Source: Caldisericota bacterium (GTDB taxonomy: Bacteria; Caldisericota; Caldisericia; Caldisericales; Caldisericaceae). Taken from it: a stretch of 64,000 nucleotides of DNA. The stretch is from assembly GCA_030621215.1 (NCBI GenBank), contig JAUXIC010000001.1, forward strand, positions 3,423-67,422, given 5' to 3'. Below are positions 8,846-18,832 of this stretch, piece after piece. A program made the translations under genes and the position numbers. The notes under the pieces were generated by a model. That model saw only the letters and a program-made list of their open reading frames with translations. It was not told the DNA's origin and did no database searches. The stretch's first letter is position 1, and every line of letters begins with the position of its first letter.

Positions 8846-11170
8846 ATGATGAAGATAGGTTTGGAACAGGGTCAAAAATTGCCATTTATCCCATTAAGAA
8901 ATATTGTCATCTTTCCTTATATGGTGGTACCTTTATTTGTTGGCAGAACAAAATCAATCAATGCAATTGACCAGGCATTTGGTAAAGACAAAATGATTGT
9001 TGTTGCTACACAAAAAAACGGCCTGGTAGAGGATCCGGATGAAGAGGATATTTATCATATTGGCGTTAAAGCAGAGGTATTGCAGCTCCTAAAATTGCCC
9101 GATGGCTCGTACAGAGTTCTAATTGAGGGCCTTCAGCGCGTGGAGATAACCGAATTTATTAAATCTGACAAATTATGGGAAGTTCGCGTAGATGCTATCT
9201 CCGAAGAAAGGACTGAAAAAACGATTCGTCAGGATGCTCTGGTGCGCTTAATTGCGGAGAAGTTTACCGCATACATCGATTTCAATAAAAAAATGTCACA
9301 GGATATACTGATAGGTCTTTCCAGCATAGATGATGTAGGAAGATTTTCTGATGTTGTTGCAGCAAACCTTAATATCGACATAGAAGAGAAGCAGCAAGTT
9401 TTATCGATGAGTAATCCTGATGAAAGGCTTAAAGCGCTTGTACAAATTCTCGAGAGGGAAGTTACGATCCTGGAAATTAGCAAAAAAATAGACGAAGAAG
9501 TGAAAAGCACAATAGAAAAAAGCCAAAAAGAGTATTTCTTACGGGCCAAAATGAAAGAAATTGAAAAAGAGTTAGGAGAATTCGGCGAGGAAGCAGGGGA
9601 AATCGGTGAGTATAAAAAGAAAATGAAAGGAAGAAAGTTTCCCGCGCATGTTAAGAATAGAATTGAAGATGAACTGGAGAGGCTTAAAAAAATTCCTGTT
9701 TTAAGTCCGGAGAGCGCAGTGATAAGAAATTATCTGGATTGGCTGTTGGAGCTTCCGTGGAATAAACGGACACAGGATAAAATGGATATAAGTGAAGCGG
9801 ATAAAATACTAAATAAAAATCACTATAGCCTGGAAGACGTTAAAGAAAGGGTACTCGAATTTCTTGCAGTTAGACAACTTACGAAGAGTATGAAAGGTCC
9901 TATTATTTGTTTTGTCGGGCCTCCAGGGGTAGGCAAAACCTCCCTCGGAAAATCCATAGCAGAGGCATTAGGGAGAAAATTTGTCCGTATGTCTCTCGGT
10001 GGAATAAGGGATGAAGCTGAAATAAGAGGCCATAGAAGAACATATGTAGGAGCAATGCCTGGGCGCATTATTCAGGGAGTAAAGCAGTCAGGTGTTAAAA
10101 ATCCTGTATTTTTACTTGATGAAATAGACAAGGTAGGTGCAGATTTTCGGGGAGATCCTACTGCAGCTCTTCTTGAAGGGTTGGATCCGGAGCAGAATAA
10201 TTCTTTTTCTGACCATTATATAGAATTGCCGTTTGACCTTTCGGAAGTTCTTTTTATTACTACTGCTAATATTGTGGATACAATACCTCCTGCACTGTTT
10301 GATAGAATGGAAATAATGTCGCTTCCTGGATATATAGATGAAGAGAAATTACATATCGCAACAGAATTTATTATTCCAAAACAATTGAAATTTCATGGGC
10401 TTTCAAAAAAGGATATAGAAATTTCGAAGAAAGCTATACTTCGCATTATAGGAGAATACACAAGAGAAGCCGGGTTGAGAAATTTAGAGCGCTCCGTAAT
10501 GAAGATTATGAGGAAGGTTGCAAAAAATAAAGTAGATAAGCATTTTAAAAAAGTTAAAATTATTGACCAAAATCTGAATGATTATTTAGGAGAGCCAGTT
10601 TTTGCAGTAGGAATCAAAGAGAAGAAAAGCCAGATAGGTGTTGCTTGTGGTATGGTGGTAACTCAGGCTGGAGGAGATATTGTATATATAGAGGCAATAA
10701 AAATGCCAGGGAAAGGAAATTTAATTCTTACAGGACAGTTGGGAGATGTGATGAAAGAAAGTGCTCATGCGGCATTGAGTTATGTAAGAGCTCATGCAAA
10801 AGAGTTAGGTGCTCCAAAAGATTTTTGTGATAAATATGATGTGCACATACATGTCCCTGAAGGGGCAGTACCGAAAGAGGGTCCTTCTGCTGGAATTGCT
10901 ATTTTTACTGCTCTTATTTCAATAGCCAGGGAAAAAGCTGTGAATAAGGATATAGCAATGACAGGAGAAATTACACTAAGAGGCAGGGTGTTACCTGTTG
11001 GTGGGGTGAAAGAAAAAGTATTAGGGGCGTATAGAGCCGGGATTAAGAAAATTATTTTACCAAAGCAGAATGAAAATGATTTAAAGAAAATTCCCAAACA
11101 GGTAAAAGAAAAACTTGTATTTAAATTTGTTGATAATGTGAAAGAAGTTATTAATGAAGTGTTTGAATGA
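8846..11170 (+). CDS. lon: Lon protease (LonA type)
   Basis: 774 aa with Walker A GPPGVGKTS and the Ser-Lys dyad contexts PKEGPSAGIA and GGVKEKVLGA. Confidence 0.95.
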   Translation: MMKIGLEQGQKLPFIPLRNIVIFPYMVVPLFVGRTKSINAIDQAFGKDKMIVVATQKNGLVEDPDEEDIYHIGVKAEVLQLLKLPDGSYRVLIEGLQRVEITEFIKSDKLWEVRVDAISEERTEKTIRQDALVRLIAEKFTAYIDFNKKMSQDILIGLSSIDDVGRFSDVVAANLNIDIEEKQQVLSMSNPDERLKALVQILEREVTILEISKKIDEEVKSTIEKSQKEYFLRAKMKEIEKELGEFGEEAGEIGEYKKKMKGRKFPAHVKNRIEDELERLKKIPVLSPESAVIRNYLDWLLELPWNKRTQDKMDISEADKILNKNHYSLEDVKERVLEFLAVRQLTKSMKGPIICFVGPPGVGKTSLGKSIAEALGRKFVRMSLGGIRDEAEIRGHRRTYVGAMPGRIIQGVKQSGVKNPVFLLDEIDKVGADFRGDPTAALLEGLDPEQNNSFSDHYIELPFDLSEVLFITTANIVDTIPPALFDRMEIMSLPGYIDEEKLHIATEFIIPKQLKFHGLSKKDIEISKKAILRIIGEYTREAGLRNLERSVMKIMRKVAKNKVDKHFKKVKIIDQNLNDYLGEPVFAVGIKEKKSQIGVACGMVVTQAGGDIVYIEAIKMPGKGNLILTGQLGDVMKESAHAALSYVRAHAKELGAPKDFCDKYDVHIHVPEGAVPKEGPSAGIAIFTALISIAREKAVNKDIAMTGEITLRGRVLPVGGVKEKVLGAYRAGIKKIILPKQNENDLKKIPKQVKEKLVFKFVDNVKEVINEVFE

Positions 11171-11228
11171 ATCAAAATTTATCCAGACAATGATGATAGT
11201 GGGAAATTAATGCAAGGTGGTAAGCGAA

Positions 11229-11921
11229 ATGGTTGATATAGGCAAAGTTTTGCGTGAAGCAAGAGAGAAGAAAAATTTATCCATTCGCGAAGTTTCAGAG
11301 CAGACTCTGATACGTGAGTACTATCTTGCAAAAATAGAGAATAATGAATTTGACAAGTATGACGGGTTTATTCATGCGTATATACGCAAATATGCAACGT
11401 TTCTGTGGTTGAATCCCGTTCCTCTTTCTACTGCATATAAAGAGCTTTTCAGTGCTGAGGAAGGGTCAAAGGAACAATTTGTGCCGGTATTTAAAAGAAG
11501 AAATTATAAAGGCCTAGTAATTCTTGCACTTGTTATTGTGCTGATTGTGATTGTTGTATCATTTCTCTCTATAAAAAAGGTGCCCTTGCAGGAGCCAGAT
11601 AATTCTCCGGCGGTTGCTCCTATAGAAGAGATAAAACCTGACGAAACTACGCCAGTTATATCTGACGAAATAGTAGAAGAAGTTACTAGCGGTATAAATA
11701 TAATTATTTATGCAGATGCGAAGTGCTGGGTAGGTGTGACAATAGACGGTAAATACACGCAGTTATTTATAAATAAAGGAGAAAGTAAAGAATTCAAAGG
11801 TGAAGAATACATAAAAATCCTTTTTGGCAATGCAAGGCATGCTTATGTGACAAAAAATGGGCAAAATACAGGGCAAGTGAGTGAAAATAAAGATGTAGTG
11901 GAGGTTATATATAAACCATAA
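11229..11921 (+). CDS. RodZ-like protein: HTH domain, TM helix, DUF4115-like C-terminus
   Basis: Cro/C1-type HTH (KKNLSIREVSEQT), one TM helix (LVILALVIVLIVIVVSFL) and a beta-rich C-terminus. The ORF track starts at GTG 11217, but ATG 11229 has SD aaggtgg 8 nt upstream. Confidence 0.7.
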   Translation: MVDIGKVLREAREKKNLSIREVSEQTLIREYYLAKIENNEFDKYDGFIHAYIRKYATFLWLNPVPLSTAYKELFSAEEGSKEQFVPVFKRRNYKGLVILALVIVLIVIVVSFLSIKKVPLQEPDNSPAVAPIEEIKPDETTPVISDEIVEEVTSGINIIIYADAKCWVGVTIDGKYTQLFINKGESKEFKGEEYIKILFGNARHAYVTKNGQNTGQVSENKDVVEVIYKP

Positions 11922-11925
11922 TAGG

Positions 11926-13227
11926 ATTTTTGAGCCAGTTGGTCTTGTAAGTCTTGGATGTCCTAAAAATATTGTGGATAGCGAAAGAATCCTGGGCAAA
12001 TTGTTGGAAAATAATATTCATATAACACTGAATCTGGAAGAAGCACATTCAATTATTATTAATACTTGTGCTTTTCTTCAATCTGCACGCAGTGAATCAG
12101 AAGAGATAATTCAAGAATTTATTGAAAAAAAGAAAGCGGGTATTATAAAAAAGCTTATAATCTCAGGCTGCTATCCTTCACTTGATGGGAATAGTCTTAT
12201 GAATAGATTTCCTGAAATAGATGCAATTACTGGAACAAACGATATCAACCATATTATCGATGCTTTAAAATCAGACAGGAAAGGCCGATTTCTTTCGGGA
12301 GATTTCGAGCTTGTTCTTCCGTCAAGATTTCTTGTGACGCTTCCCCATTATGCTTATCTAAAGATAGCTGATGGTTGTAATCACAGGTGTGCTTTTTGCC
12401 TCATACCGAAGATTAAAGGAAATCTTCATAGTCTTGAAAGAGAGTTTATTGTTCGAGAAGTGGAAGGACTGGCTAATAATGGCGTAAAAGAAATTATTAT
12501 TACTGCGCAGGATACAACAAATTACGGAGCAGATATCTATGGAAAGCCGATGCTTATACCGCTTCTTAAGGATCTTGAGAAAATTAAGGGCATAGAATGG
12601 ATACGCGTGCTTTATACATATCCTGGCGAAGTAACAGAAGGCCTTGTGTCTTATATTAAAAATAGCGAGAAAGTTGTTCCGTACATCGATATGCCCATTC
12701 AGCATATTAACGATAGGATGCTAAAAAATATGAACCGGGTAGGGCAGAGGAAGGATATTGAAAAAATACTAGAGCTTTTTAAGGTGAATAATATAGCGGT
12801 GAGAACTACTTTAATAGTGGGTTTTCCAGGGGAAGGCGAAAAAGAGTTTGAAGAACTTAAGGAGTTTGTGGAGAAAATGAAATTCGACCACCTTGGTGTG
12901 TTTAAATATTTTAGAGAAGAGGGAACCAAAAGTTATAATATGGAAAATCAGGTTGAGGAAGCCGTTAAAGAGAGAAGGGAAGAAGCTATCAGATCTATTC
13001 AGGAGAAGATATCATTAGAGAGGAACAACACATTTATAGGCCAAACTATTCCTGCTATTATAGATTATTATGATGAAAAAGAAGGAGTGTTTGTTGGAAG
13101 GACTAAATATGATGCTCCGGAAATTGACAATATTGTCTTAGTAAAAGGAGATGTTATAGTAGGAGAAATTCAAGACGTTGTAATAGAAAGTGCTAAAGAG
13201 CATGTGCTGACGGGGAGGGTTCTATGA
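11926..13227 (+). CDS. rimO: Ribosomal protein S12 methylthiotransferase RimO; true start is upstream of the tracked GTG 11974
   Basis: Radical-SAM motif CNHRCAFC, MTTase N-domain cysteines and a C-terminal TRAM domain. The conserved VSLGCPKN motif lies at 11947..11970, upstream of the first canonical start. See the finding on this start. Confidence 0.85.
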   Translation: MFEPVGLVSLGCPKNIVDSERILGKLLENNIHITLNLEEAHSIIINTCAFLQSARSESEEIIQEFIEKKKAGIIKKLIISGCYPSLDGNSLMNRFPEIDAITGTNDINHIIDALKSDRKGRFLSGDFELVLPSRFLVTLPHYAYLKIADGCNHRCAFCLIPKIKGNLHSLEREFIVREVEGLANNGVKEIIITAQDTTNYGADIYGKPMLIPLLKDLEKIKGIEWIRVLYTYPGEVTEGLVSYIKNSEKVVPYIDMPIQHINDRMLKNMNRVGQRKDIEKILELFKVNNIAVRTTLIVGFPGEGEKEFEELKEFVEKMKFDHLGVFKYFREEGTKSYNMENQVEEAVKERREEAIRSIQEKISLERNNTFIGQTIPAIIDYYDEKEGVFVGRTKYDAPEIDNIVLVKGDVIVGEIQDVVIESAKEHVLTGRVL

Positions 13228-13763
13228 GATTATTTATTGCATTAACGACTACTCCTGTTCAGGAGCAGATATTTGAGGTAGAAGAAGGATTAAAAAAACA
13301 AATTACAGGCGTCAAATGGGTTAAAAAAGACAATCTTCATCTTACGCTAAAATTTTTAGGAGACACCGACTATGTGAAATTTGAATTAGTAAAAGAGAGC
13401 ATTGCTGACATAGGAAGCCATTGCAAAGAATTTGATTTTTCTTTTTTGGAGGTATCGGGATTTCCAAAAGAAGAAGGAGCCCGGGTTATATTTATCGGGT
13501 TGGATAAGGGAGCAAAAGAAATTAAGGAAATTATGGTAAAGTTAGACGAAAAAATCTGCAAGCTGGGGTTTAAACGCGAAAAAAGCTATGTTCCGCATCT
13601 TACTGTTGGCCGAGTAAAATTTGGGACTGTCAACCTTGGGATTAGCGGGAAAAATAATTTTCCTGCTATAATGGGGCATGCTACAGGCATTGAAATTATT
13701 AAAAGCGAGATTACAGAGTTTGGGCCGATTTATACATCAATATATAAATTTGGTTTCAGTTGA
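13224..13763 (+). CDS. thpR: RNA 2',3'-cyclic phosphodiesterase (2H family, LigT/ThpR)
   Basis: 179 aa with two HxT motifs, NLHLTLKFLG and PHLTVGR. Confidence 0.85.
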   Translation: MRLFIALTTTPVQEQIFEVEEGLKKQITGVKWVKKDNLHLTLKFLGDTDYVKFELVKESIADIGSHCKEFDFSFLEVSGFPKEEGARVIFIGLDKGAKEIKEIMVKLDEKICKLGFKREKSYVPHLTVGRVKFGTVNLGISGKNNFPAIMGHATGIEIIKSEITEFGPIYTSIYKFGFS

Positions 13764-13815
13764 GAAATAGACTATAATATTGAAAGTAAATTTATTGGAA
13801 AAGAGAGGTAATGAA

Positions 13816-14856
13816 ATGGCAGGAAGTAAGGATAAATTCGAAAAAGACCAGAGTAGCAAAGAAAATGCTTTAAAACTTGTTATGGCACAAGCCGAAAAAG
13901 AATTTGGCAAAGGTGCTGTGATGCGTTTGGGTGACAAAAAAGTCAGTTTTGACATGGATGTAATTCCTACTGGAATTTTCTCACTTGATATTGCACTTGG
14001 TGTTGGAGGCTTTCCAAGAGGGAGAGTTGTTGAAATTTTTGGGCCAGAGGGAACAGGCAAAACAACGCTTGCACTTGAAGCAATTGCATCTGCCCAGAGA
14101 TTTGGTGGGAAAGCGCTTTTTGTGGATGTGGAACACGCTTTTTCAGCTGAATATGCTGCAAATTTGGGAATCGATGTGGATAACCTGATTGTTTCTCAAC
14201 CTGACTATGCTGAGCAGGCGCTTGAAATTATCGATATGTTTGTAAGGTCAGGCGCAGTGGATATCTGTGTGCTGGATTCTGTCGCGGCACTTGTGCCAAA
14301 AGTAGAGCTTGAGGGAGATATGGGTGATTCTTTTATGGGGCTTCAGGCCCGTTTAATGTCTCAGGCTTTAAGAAAACTCACAGGTTCAATTAGTAAATCA
14401 AAAACCTGTGTAATATTTATTAATCAGTTAAGAGAGAAGATCGGGATTGTTTTTGGTAATCCCGAGGTTACTCCGGGGGGCAGGGCTTTGAAATTTTATT
14501 CATCCGTGAGGCTGGACGTGAGGAGAGTGGAGAGATTAAAAGATAAAGGCGAAACATATGGAAATAGATTGAGGATAAAGGTGGTTAAAAATAAAGTAGC
14601 TCCACCCTATAAGGAATCCGTCGTCGATTTAATTTTTGGCAAAGGCGTGAGCAGAGAAGGAGATTTGTTTGATATTGGAGTAGATGCTGATATTATTAAA
14701 AAGGCTGGTTCTTTTTATTCCTACGGAGAGGTAAAGCTAGGGCAGGGAAGAGATAATTCACTTCAATTTGTAAAGGTGCACCCGGAATTATTTGGCAAAA
14801 TAGAGAAAGAAGTGATGGACAAGTTCTTCCCAAAGAAAGCAACGAATGCACAATGA
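13816..14856 (+). CDS. recA: Recombinase RecA
   Basis: Walker [10 protein letters not shown], the [10 protein letters not shown] and NKVAPP motifs. ATG 13816 has SD agagagg upstream. The tracked TTG 13780 adds 12 non-conserved residues. Confidence 0.95.
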   Translation: MAGSKDKFEKDQSSKENALKLVMAQAEKEFGKGAVMRLGDKKVSFDMDVIPTGIFSLDIALGVGGFPRGRVVEIFGPEGTGKTTLALEAIASAQRFGGKALFVDVEHAFSAEYAANLGIDVDNLIVSQPDYAEQALEIIDMFVRSGAVDICVLDSVAALVPKVELEGDMGDSFMGLQARLMSQALRKLTGSISKSKTCVIFINQLREKIGIVFGNPEVTPGGRALKFYSSVRLDVRRVERLKDKGETYGNRLRIKVVKNKVAPPYKESVVDLIFGKGVSREGDLFDIGVDADIIKKAGSFYSYGEVKLGQGRDNSLQFVKVHPELFGKIEKEVMDKFFPKKATNAQ

Positions 14857-15277
14857 CGAGGAATCGGCGTTCAAGTATTCGTTATACTTACTTTCATTTA
14901 AAGATTATTCTGAATATGAATTAAGAAAGAAATTAGAAGGTAAATTTGATGTTTGTTTTATTGATACCGTTATCGAAAAATTAAAGGAGAAAGGGCTGCT
15001 TTCTGATGAACAATATGTGGAAAAGATAATAAGAAAATATGGAAACATTAAGAAATATGGATATTTTAAAGTGGAGCAGGAGCTCCATAAGCGTGGTCTG
15101 AAAAAAGAAACTTATGAAAATCTTCTAAGCGGGATATATACCGAAGCTAAAGAGGAAGAAAATGCTCTATCTATTGCATTTAAAAGGCCAGCTGATAGGT
15201 TAGGAAAATATCTTTTAAGTAGAGGTTATCGTCCAGATATTGTTCGGAAAGTCCTCGCCCTTTTGGAAAAAGAATAG
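14846..15277 (+). CDS. recX: RecA regulator RecX
   Basis: 143 aa helical-repeat protein ([27 protein letters not shown]) immediately after and overlapping recA. Confidence 0.8.
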   Translation: MHNDEESAFKYSLYLLSFKDYSEYELRKKLEGKFDVCFIDTVIEKLKEKGLLSDEQYVEKIIRKYGNIKKYGYFKVEQELHKRGLKKETYENLLSGIYTEAKEEENALSIAFKRPADRLGKYLLSRGYRPDIVRKVLALLEKE

Positions 15278-15280
15278 GAG

Positions 15281-16846
15281 GTGAGGGTTTTGTTAAGAGC
15301 AGAAGTGCCATACATAGTTTATCTTACAATTAGTATAGTGATGCTTGTCTTGGGTGTGGTTCTAGGATATGTGTTTGGATCATATGTATATAGAACGAAG
15401 ATTGGCTCCCTCGACGAGTATGCAAAGAAACAGAGAGAAGAAGCAGAACGGGAAATTCAGGCAGAGAAAAGAGAACAGAGAATACAGTTAAAGGAAGAAA
15501 TTGAAAGAAAACAGGAAGAGCTTGAAAATAAATTTCATTTAAAGCAAAAAGAACTTCAGGAAATTGAAGATCGGCTTATTCGAAAAGAAGAAAATACTGA
15601 TAGAAAATTTTTAACCCTTGAAAAAAAAGAAAAAGAGCTTTTTACTAAAGAAAAAGAGCTTAGCCAGAAGGAGCAGGAAATACGAGGGAGCACTCAAAAA
15701 ATAGAGAAGGAACTTTCCCGTGTTGCGGGCCTTTCAACAGAAGAAGCGAGACAAATTATTTTAGATAGAATGGACAAGGCTCTGGAACAGGAATATGCTA
15801 AGAAAATAATTGAAAAAGAAGAAGATCTACGAGAGGCTGTTGAGAGAAAGTCGAAGGAAATTCTATCAGGTGCGATGGAAAAATGTGCTGCAGATTATGT
15901 GTCAGAAACAACAGTTTCTGTTGTTCCTTTACCATCCGATGAGTTGAAGGGAAGAATTATCGGAAGAGAAGGAAGAAATATCCGGACTTTTGAAACGTTG
16001 ACAGGTGTGGACATACTTGTAGATGATACTCCAGAGGCTGTAACGCTTTCTTGTTTTGATCCCATTAGGAGGGAAGTGGCAAGAAAAGCATTAGAGCATC
16101 TTATTATAGATGGAAGGATACATCCTGCAAGAATAGAAGAGTTTGTTCAGGAATCTGAAAAAGAAGTGGAACAGGATCTGCTCAAAGAGGCAGAAGATAT
16201 TTTAGTGTCTCTTTCTGTTCATAATATTCCTATTGAGTTAAAAAAGCTTATAGGAAAAATGAAATTTAGAACAAGTTATGGCCAAAATCTTATGAGACAT
16301 TCTATTGAAGTTGCAACTATTGCAGGGATTTTAGCTTCTGAGCTTGGCGAAAATCCTGCGCTTACAAGAAGAGCTGGTTTACTACACGATATTGGAAAAG
16401 TAATGGCAAGTGAGATCGAAGGGCCTCATGCGCTGGTTGGTGCGGATTTACTCAGGCGTTATAATGAAGATCCTGCTGTAGTTCATGCCGTATCTGCCCA
16501 TCATAATGAGGTAAAGCCTGAAACTGTTTTAGATGTGATTATACAAATAGCTGATACGGTTTCTGCAACAAGGCCAGGAGCGAGGAGAGAAAATCTGGAG
16601 TTGTACATAAAACGGCTTGAAGATATTGAAAAGATTGCAATGGCAGTGAATGGAGTAAAGAAAGCTTATGTTGTGCAGGCTGGCAGGGAACTTAGAATAA
16701 TGGTAAACCCTGAAGATGTGGGTGAGGAAAAAGCATTAAAAATTTCACATGATGTGGCAAAACAGATAGAGGAGGAAGTTGTTTACCCAGGCATTATAAA
16801 AGTAACAGTTGTAAGAGAAACCCGTTATATAGATTATGCAAAATAG
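15281..16846 (+). CDS. rny: Ribonuclease Y
   Basis: 521 aa: N-terminal TM helix, long coiled coil, KH domain (GRIIGREGRNIR) and HD domain (LLHDIGK). TTG 15290 is 8 nt from GGAGG and is a more plausible start than GTG 15281. Confidence 0.9.
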   Translation: MRVLLRAEVPYIVYLTISIVMLVLGVVLGYVFGSYVYRTKIGSLDEYAKKQREEAEREIQAEKREQRIQLKEEIERKQEELENKFHLKQKELQEIEDRLIRKEENTDRKFLTLEKKEKELFTKEKELSQKEQEIRGSTQKIEKELSRVAGLSTEEARQIILDRMDKALEQEYAKKIIEKEEDLREAVERKSKEILSGAMEKCAADYVSETTVSVVPLPSDELKGRIIGREGRNIRTFETLTGVDILVDDTPEAVTLSCFDPIRREVARKALEHLIIDGRIHPARIEEFVQESEKEVEQDLLKEAEDILVSLSVHNIPIELKKLIGKMKFRTSYGQNLMRHSIEVATIAGILASELGENPALTRRAGLLHDIGKVMASEIEGPHALVGADLLRRYNEDPAVVHAVSAHHNEVKPETVLDVIIQIADTVSATRPGARRENLELYIKRLEDIEKIAMAVNGVKKAYVVQAGRELRIMVNPEDVGEEKALKISHDVAKQIEEEVVYPGIIKVTVVRETRYIDYAK

Positions 16847-18470
16847 CCTCTTATTTCCAGAGGAAATAAAGTATCTCCCCTCTTGCCCTGGAGTGTATAT
16901 TATGAAGGGCATTAAAGGGGAGATACTTTATGTAGGCAAAGCAAATATTCTTAAAAAAAGAGTTCAATCATATTTACATCCCTCTGACCCTAAAACGGTT
17001 GTCCTGGTCAAAAAAGTAAAAACTGTTGATTTCATTGTAGTAAATTCGGGGGCTGAAGCGCTTCTTCTGGAGAGCAATCTTATCAAAAAGTATAAACCAT
17101 GGTTTAATATAGTACTTGTGGATGATGTAAACTATCCGTATATAAAGATAACAGATGAAAAATACCCCAGGTTTTTGAAAGTGTACCGAAGGAGAGGTAA
17201 AAATGGCGAATATTTCGGCCCATTTCCCCACGGAAAGGCAATACAGCTCAGTATAAGGGCGCTTAGAAAAGTATTTCCCGTAAGGACATGCAATATAAAG
17301 ATATCTGATAGAAAAAAAATAGAGCCGTGTCTTTTATATCATATGGGGCTTTGTTCTGCACCATGCGCGCATAAGATTACCGCAAAAGAGTACAATAAAA
17401 TTGTGGAAGCGCTGAAGCTTTTCTTAAGAGGAGAAGGAGACAAAATTGTTGAAACGCTTAAAAAAGAGATGGAAAAAGCAAAAAACGAACTTGATTTTGA
17501 AAAGGCAGTTATATTCAGGGATGAATTGAAAGGGGTTTTATCAATTCTGGAGAAGCAAAGGGTAGTTAGTGAAAAAAATGTGTCTTTTGATTTATTTGCT
17601 CTAAAAATAGAAGGTGAATTAGGCTGTCTTACTGAGGTAAGTGTCAGGAACGGGAGAATTATTTATTCTTATCCTTTTATACTGAGCATACCGGAGCAGA
17701 AGGAAAAAGGAGAGATTATACAGGAATTTTTTCTTATGCATCCCTTTCATCTCAATAGCAGTAAAATTTATGTGGAAACAGTCCTTCCTGATAAAGAGCT
17801 GGTAGAGGAATTTGTGAAAGAAACAAAAGGATTTAAAATTCAGATTGTTACCCCACGCGGGAAGCTTCAGAAAGATATTTTATCTGTAGCGCAGGAAAAT
17901 GCGTCCATGCATCTAAGGAATTATATAGAAAAGCGCAAGGGGTCGAAAAAGGAAAAAGCACTTAACGGGCTGAGGGATATTTTTCACCTTAAAGAACTTC
18001 CTATGCGTATTGAAGGGTACGATATTTCTAATATTTCAGGGAAAGATGCTGTAGGTTCCATGGTCGTTTTTACGGAAGGAAGGCCGGATAAAAATGAATA
18101 CAGAAAATTTCGGATTAAATATGTAGAAGGGCCCAATGATTATGCTATGCTAAAGGAAGTGTTGTTTAGAAGGTTCAAAAGCGATTCAGCTTTTTTTGAG
18201 AAAGATCCTGATATTATTTTGATTGATGGCGGGAAAGGGCAATTAAGTGCGGCAATAAAAATTAAAAAGCTAATGAAACTAAAAGTAGTTGTTGCATCCA
18301 TTGCAAAAAAAGAGGAACTAATTTTTGTAGAGGGGAAAAACAAGCCCATAAAACTCTCAAGAGATTCAGAGGAGCTTATGCTTTTGCAACGCGTTAGAGA
18401 TGAATCTCATCGTTTTGCAAAAGCATACTTTCAAAAAGTGCACAAGAAATCTATGTTAAAGGAGGCTTAG
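16836..18470 (+). CDS. uvrC: Excinuclease ABC subunit C, lacking the C-terminal (HhH)2 domain
   Basis: GIY-YIG domain (GVYIM..ILYVGKA), Cys-rich region, UVR domain (LDFEKAVIFRDEL) and EndoV-like domain (IEGYDISN, IDGGKGQL, RDESHRFA). The protein ends 19 aa after HRFA. Confidence 0.9.
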   Translation: MQNSLLFPEEIKYLPSCPGVYIMKGIKGEILYVGKANILKKRVQSYLHPSDPKTVVLVKKVKTVDFIVVNSGAEALLLESNLIKKYKPWFNIVLVDDVNYPYIKITDEKYPRFLKVYRRRGKNGEYFGPFPHGKAIQLSIRALRKVFPVRTCNIKISDRKKIEPCLLYHMGLCSAPCAHKITAKEYNKIVEALKLFLRGEGDKIVETLKKEMEKAKNELDFEKAVIFRDELKGVLSILEKQRVVSEKNVSFDLFALKIEGELGCLTEVSVRNGRIIYSYPFILSIPEQKEKGEIIQEFFLMHPFHLNSSKIYVETVLPDKELVEEFVKETKGFKIQIVTPRGKLQKDILSVAQENASMHLRNYIEKRKGSKKEKALNGLRDIFHLKELPMRIEGYDISNISGKDAVGSMVVFTEGRPDKNEYRKFRIKYVEGPNDYAMLKEVLFRRFKSDSAFFEKDPDIILIDGGKGQLSAAIKIKKLMKLKVVVASIAKKEELIFVEGKNKPIKLSRDSEELMLLQRVRDESHRFAKAYFQKVHKKSMLKEA

Positions 18471-18472
18471 GC

Positions 18473-18832
18473 ATGAAAAGAAGAATTATAGCTTCTTGGA
18501 TTATTAATGCTATTTCATTTTTTATTGTGAGTCAAATTGTGGTGGGAATGCAATTTGAGAATTTTGTGAGCGTATTGCTGGCAGGTATTGTGCTCGGCAT
18601 TGTGAATGCTACACTAAAGCCACTTTTTATTGTTATTTCCTTCCCTATAAGCGTGCTTACACTGGGTTTATTTCTTATCATTATCAATGCTATAATGCTT
18701 GAAGTTGTGGCGGCAGTTGTTCCCGGATTTTCAATTACTTCTTTTTGGACGGCTATATGGGGATCTATTCTTTTATCGATTGTGAGTATGATTATTATGC
18801 ATGTACTGTTTCCAAGACGGAGAATTGCTTGA
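18473..18832 (+). CDS. Small 4-TM membrane protein (DUF360 / phage-holin-4-like family)
   Basis: 119 aa and almost entirely hydrophobic. The pattern LKPLFIVISFPISVLTLGLFLIIINAIML is typical of the YvlD/DUF360 family. Confidence 0.6.
   Translation: MKRRIIASWIINAISFFIVSQIVVGMQFENFVSVLLAGIVLGIVNATLKPLFIVISFPISVLTLGLFLIIINAIMLEVVAAVVPGFSITSFWTAIWGSILLSIVSMIIMHVLFPRRRIA

Noticed and set aside
18745-18828. Upstream extensions of tracked ORFs: hflX from 18745, plsC from 33564, recA from 13780, rodZ-like from 11217, atpD from 45791.
   Set aside because: The extended N-termini overlap the preceding gene or add non-conserved residues. Internal starts with an SD, or a stop-start overlap, fit the conserved protein N-termini better.
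18473-18832. Holin-family-like membrane protein as a prophage remnant.
   Set aside because: It is flanked by uvrC and hflX with 3-nt and overlapping junctions. There are no phage structural, lysis or integrase genes and no repeats nearby. The DUF360 family is widespread as a chromosomal membrane protein.
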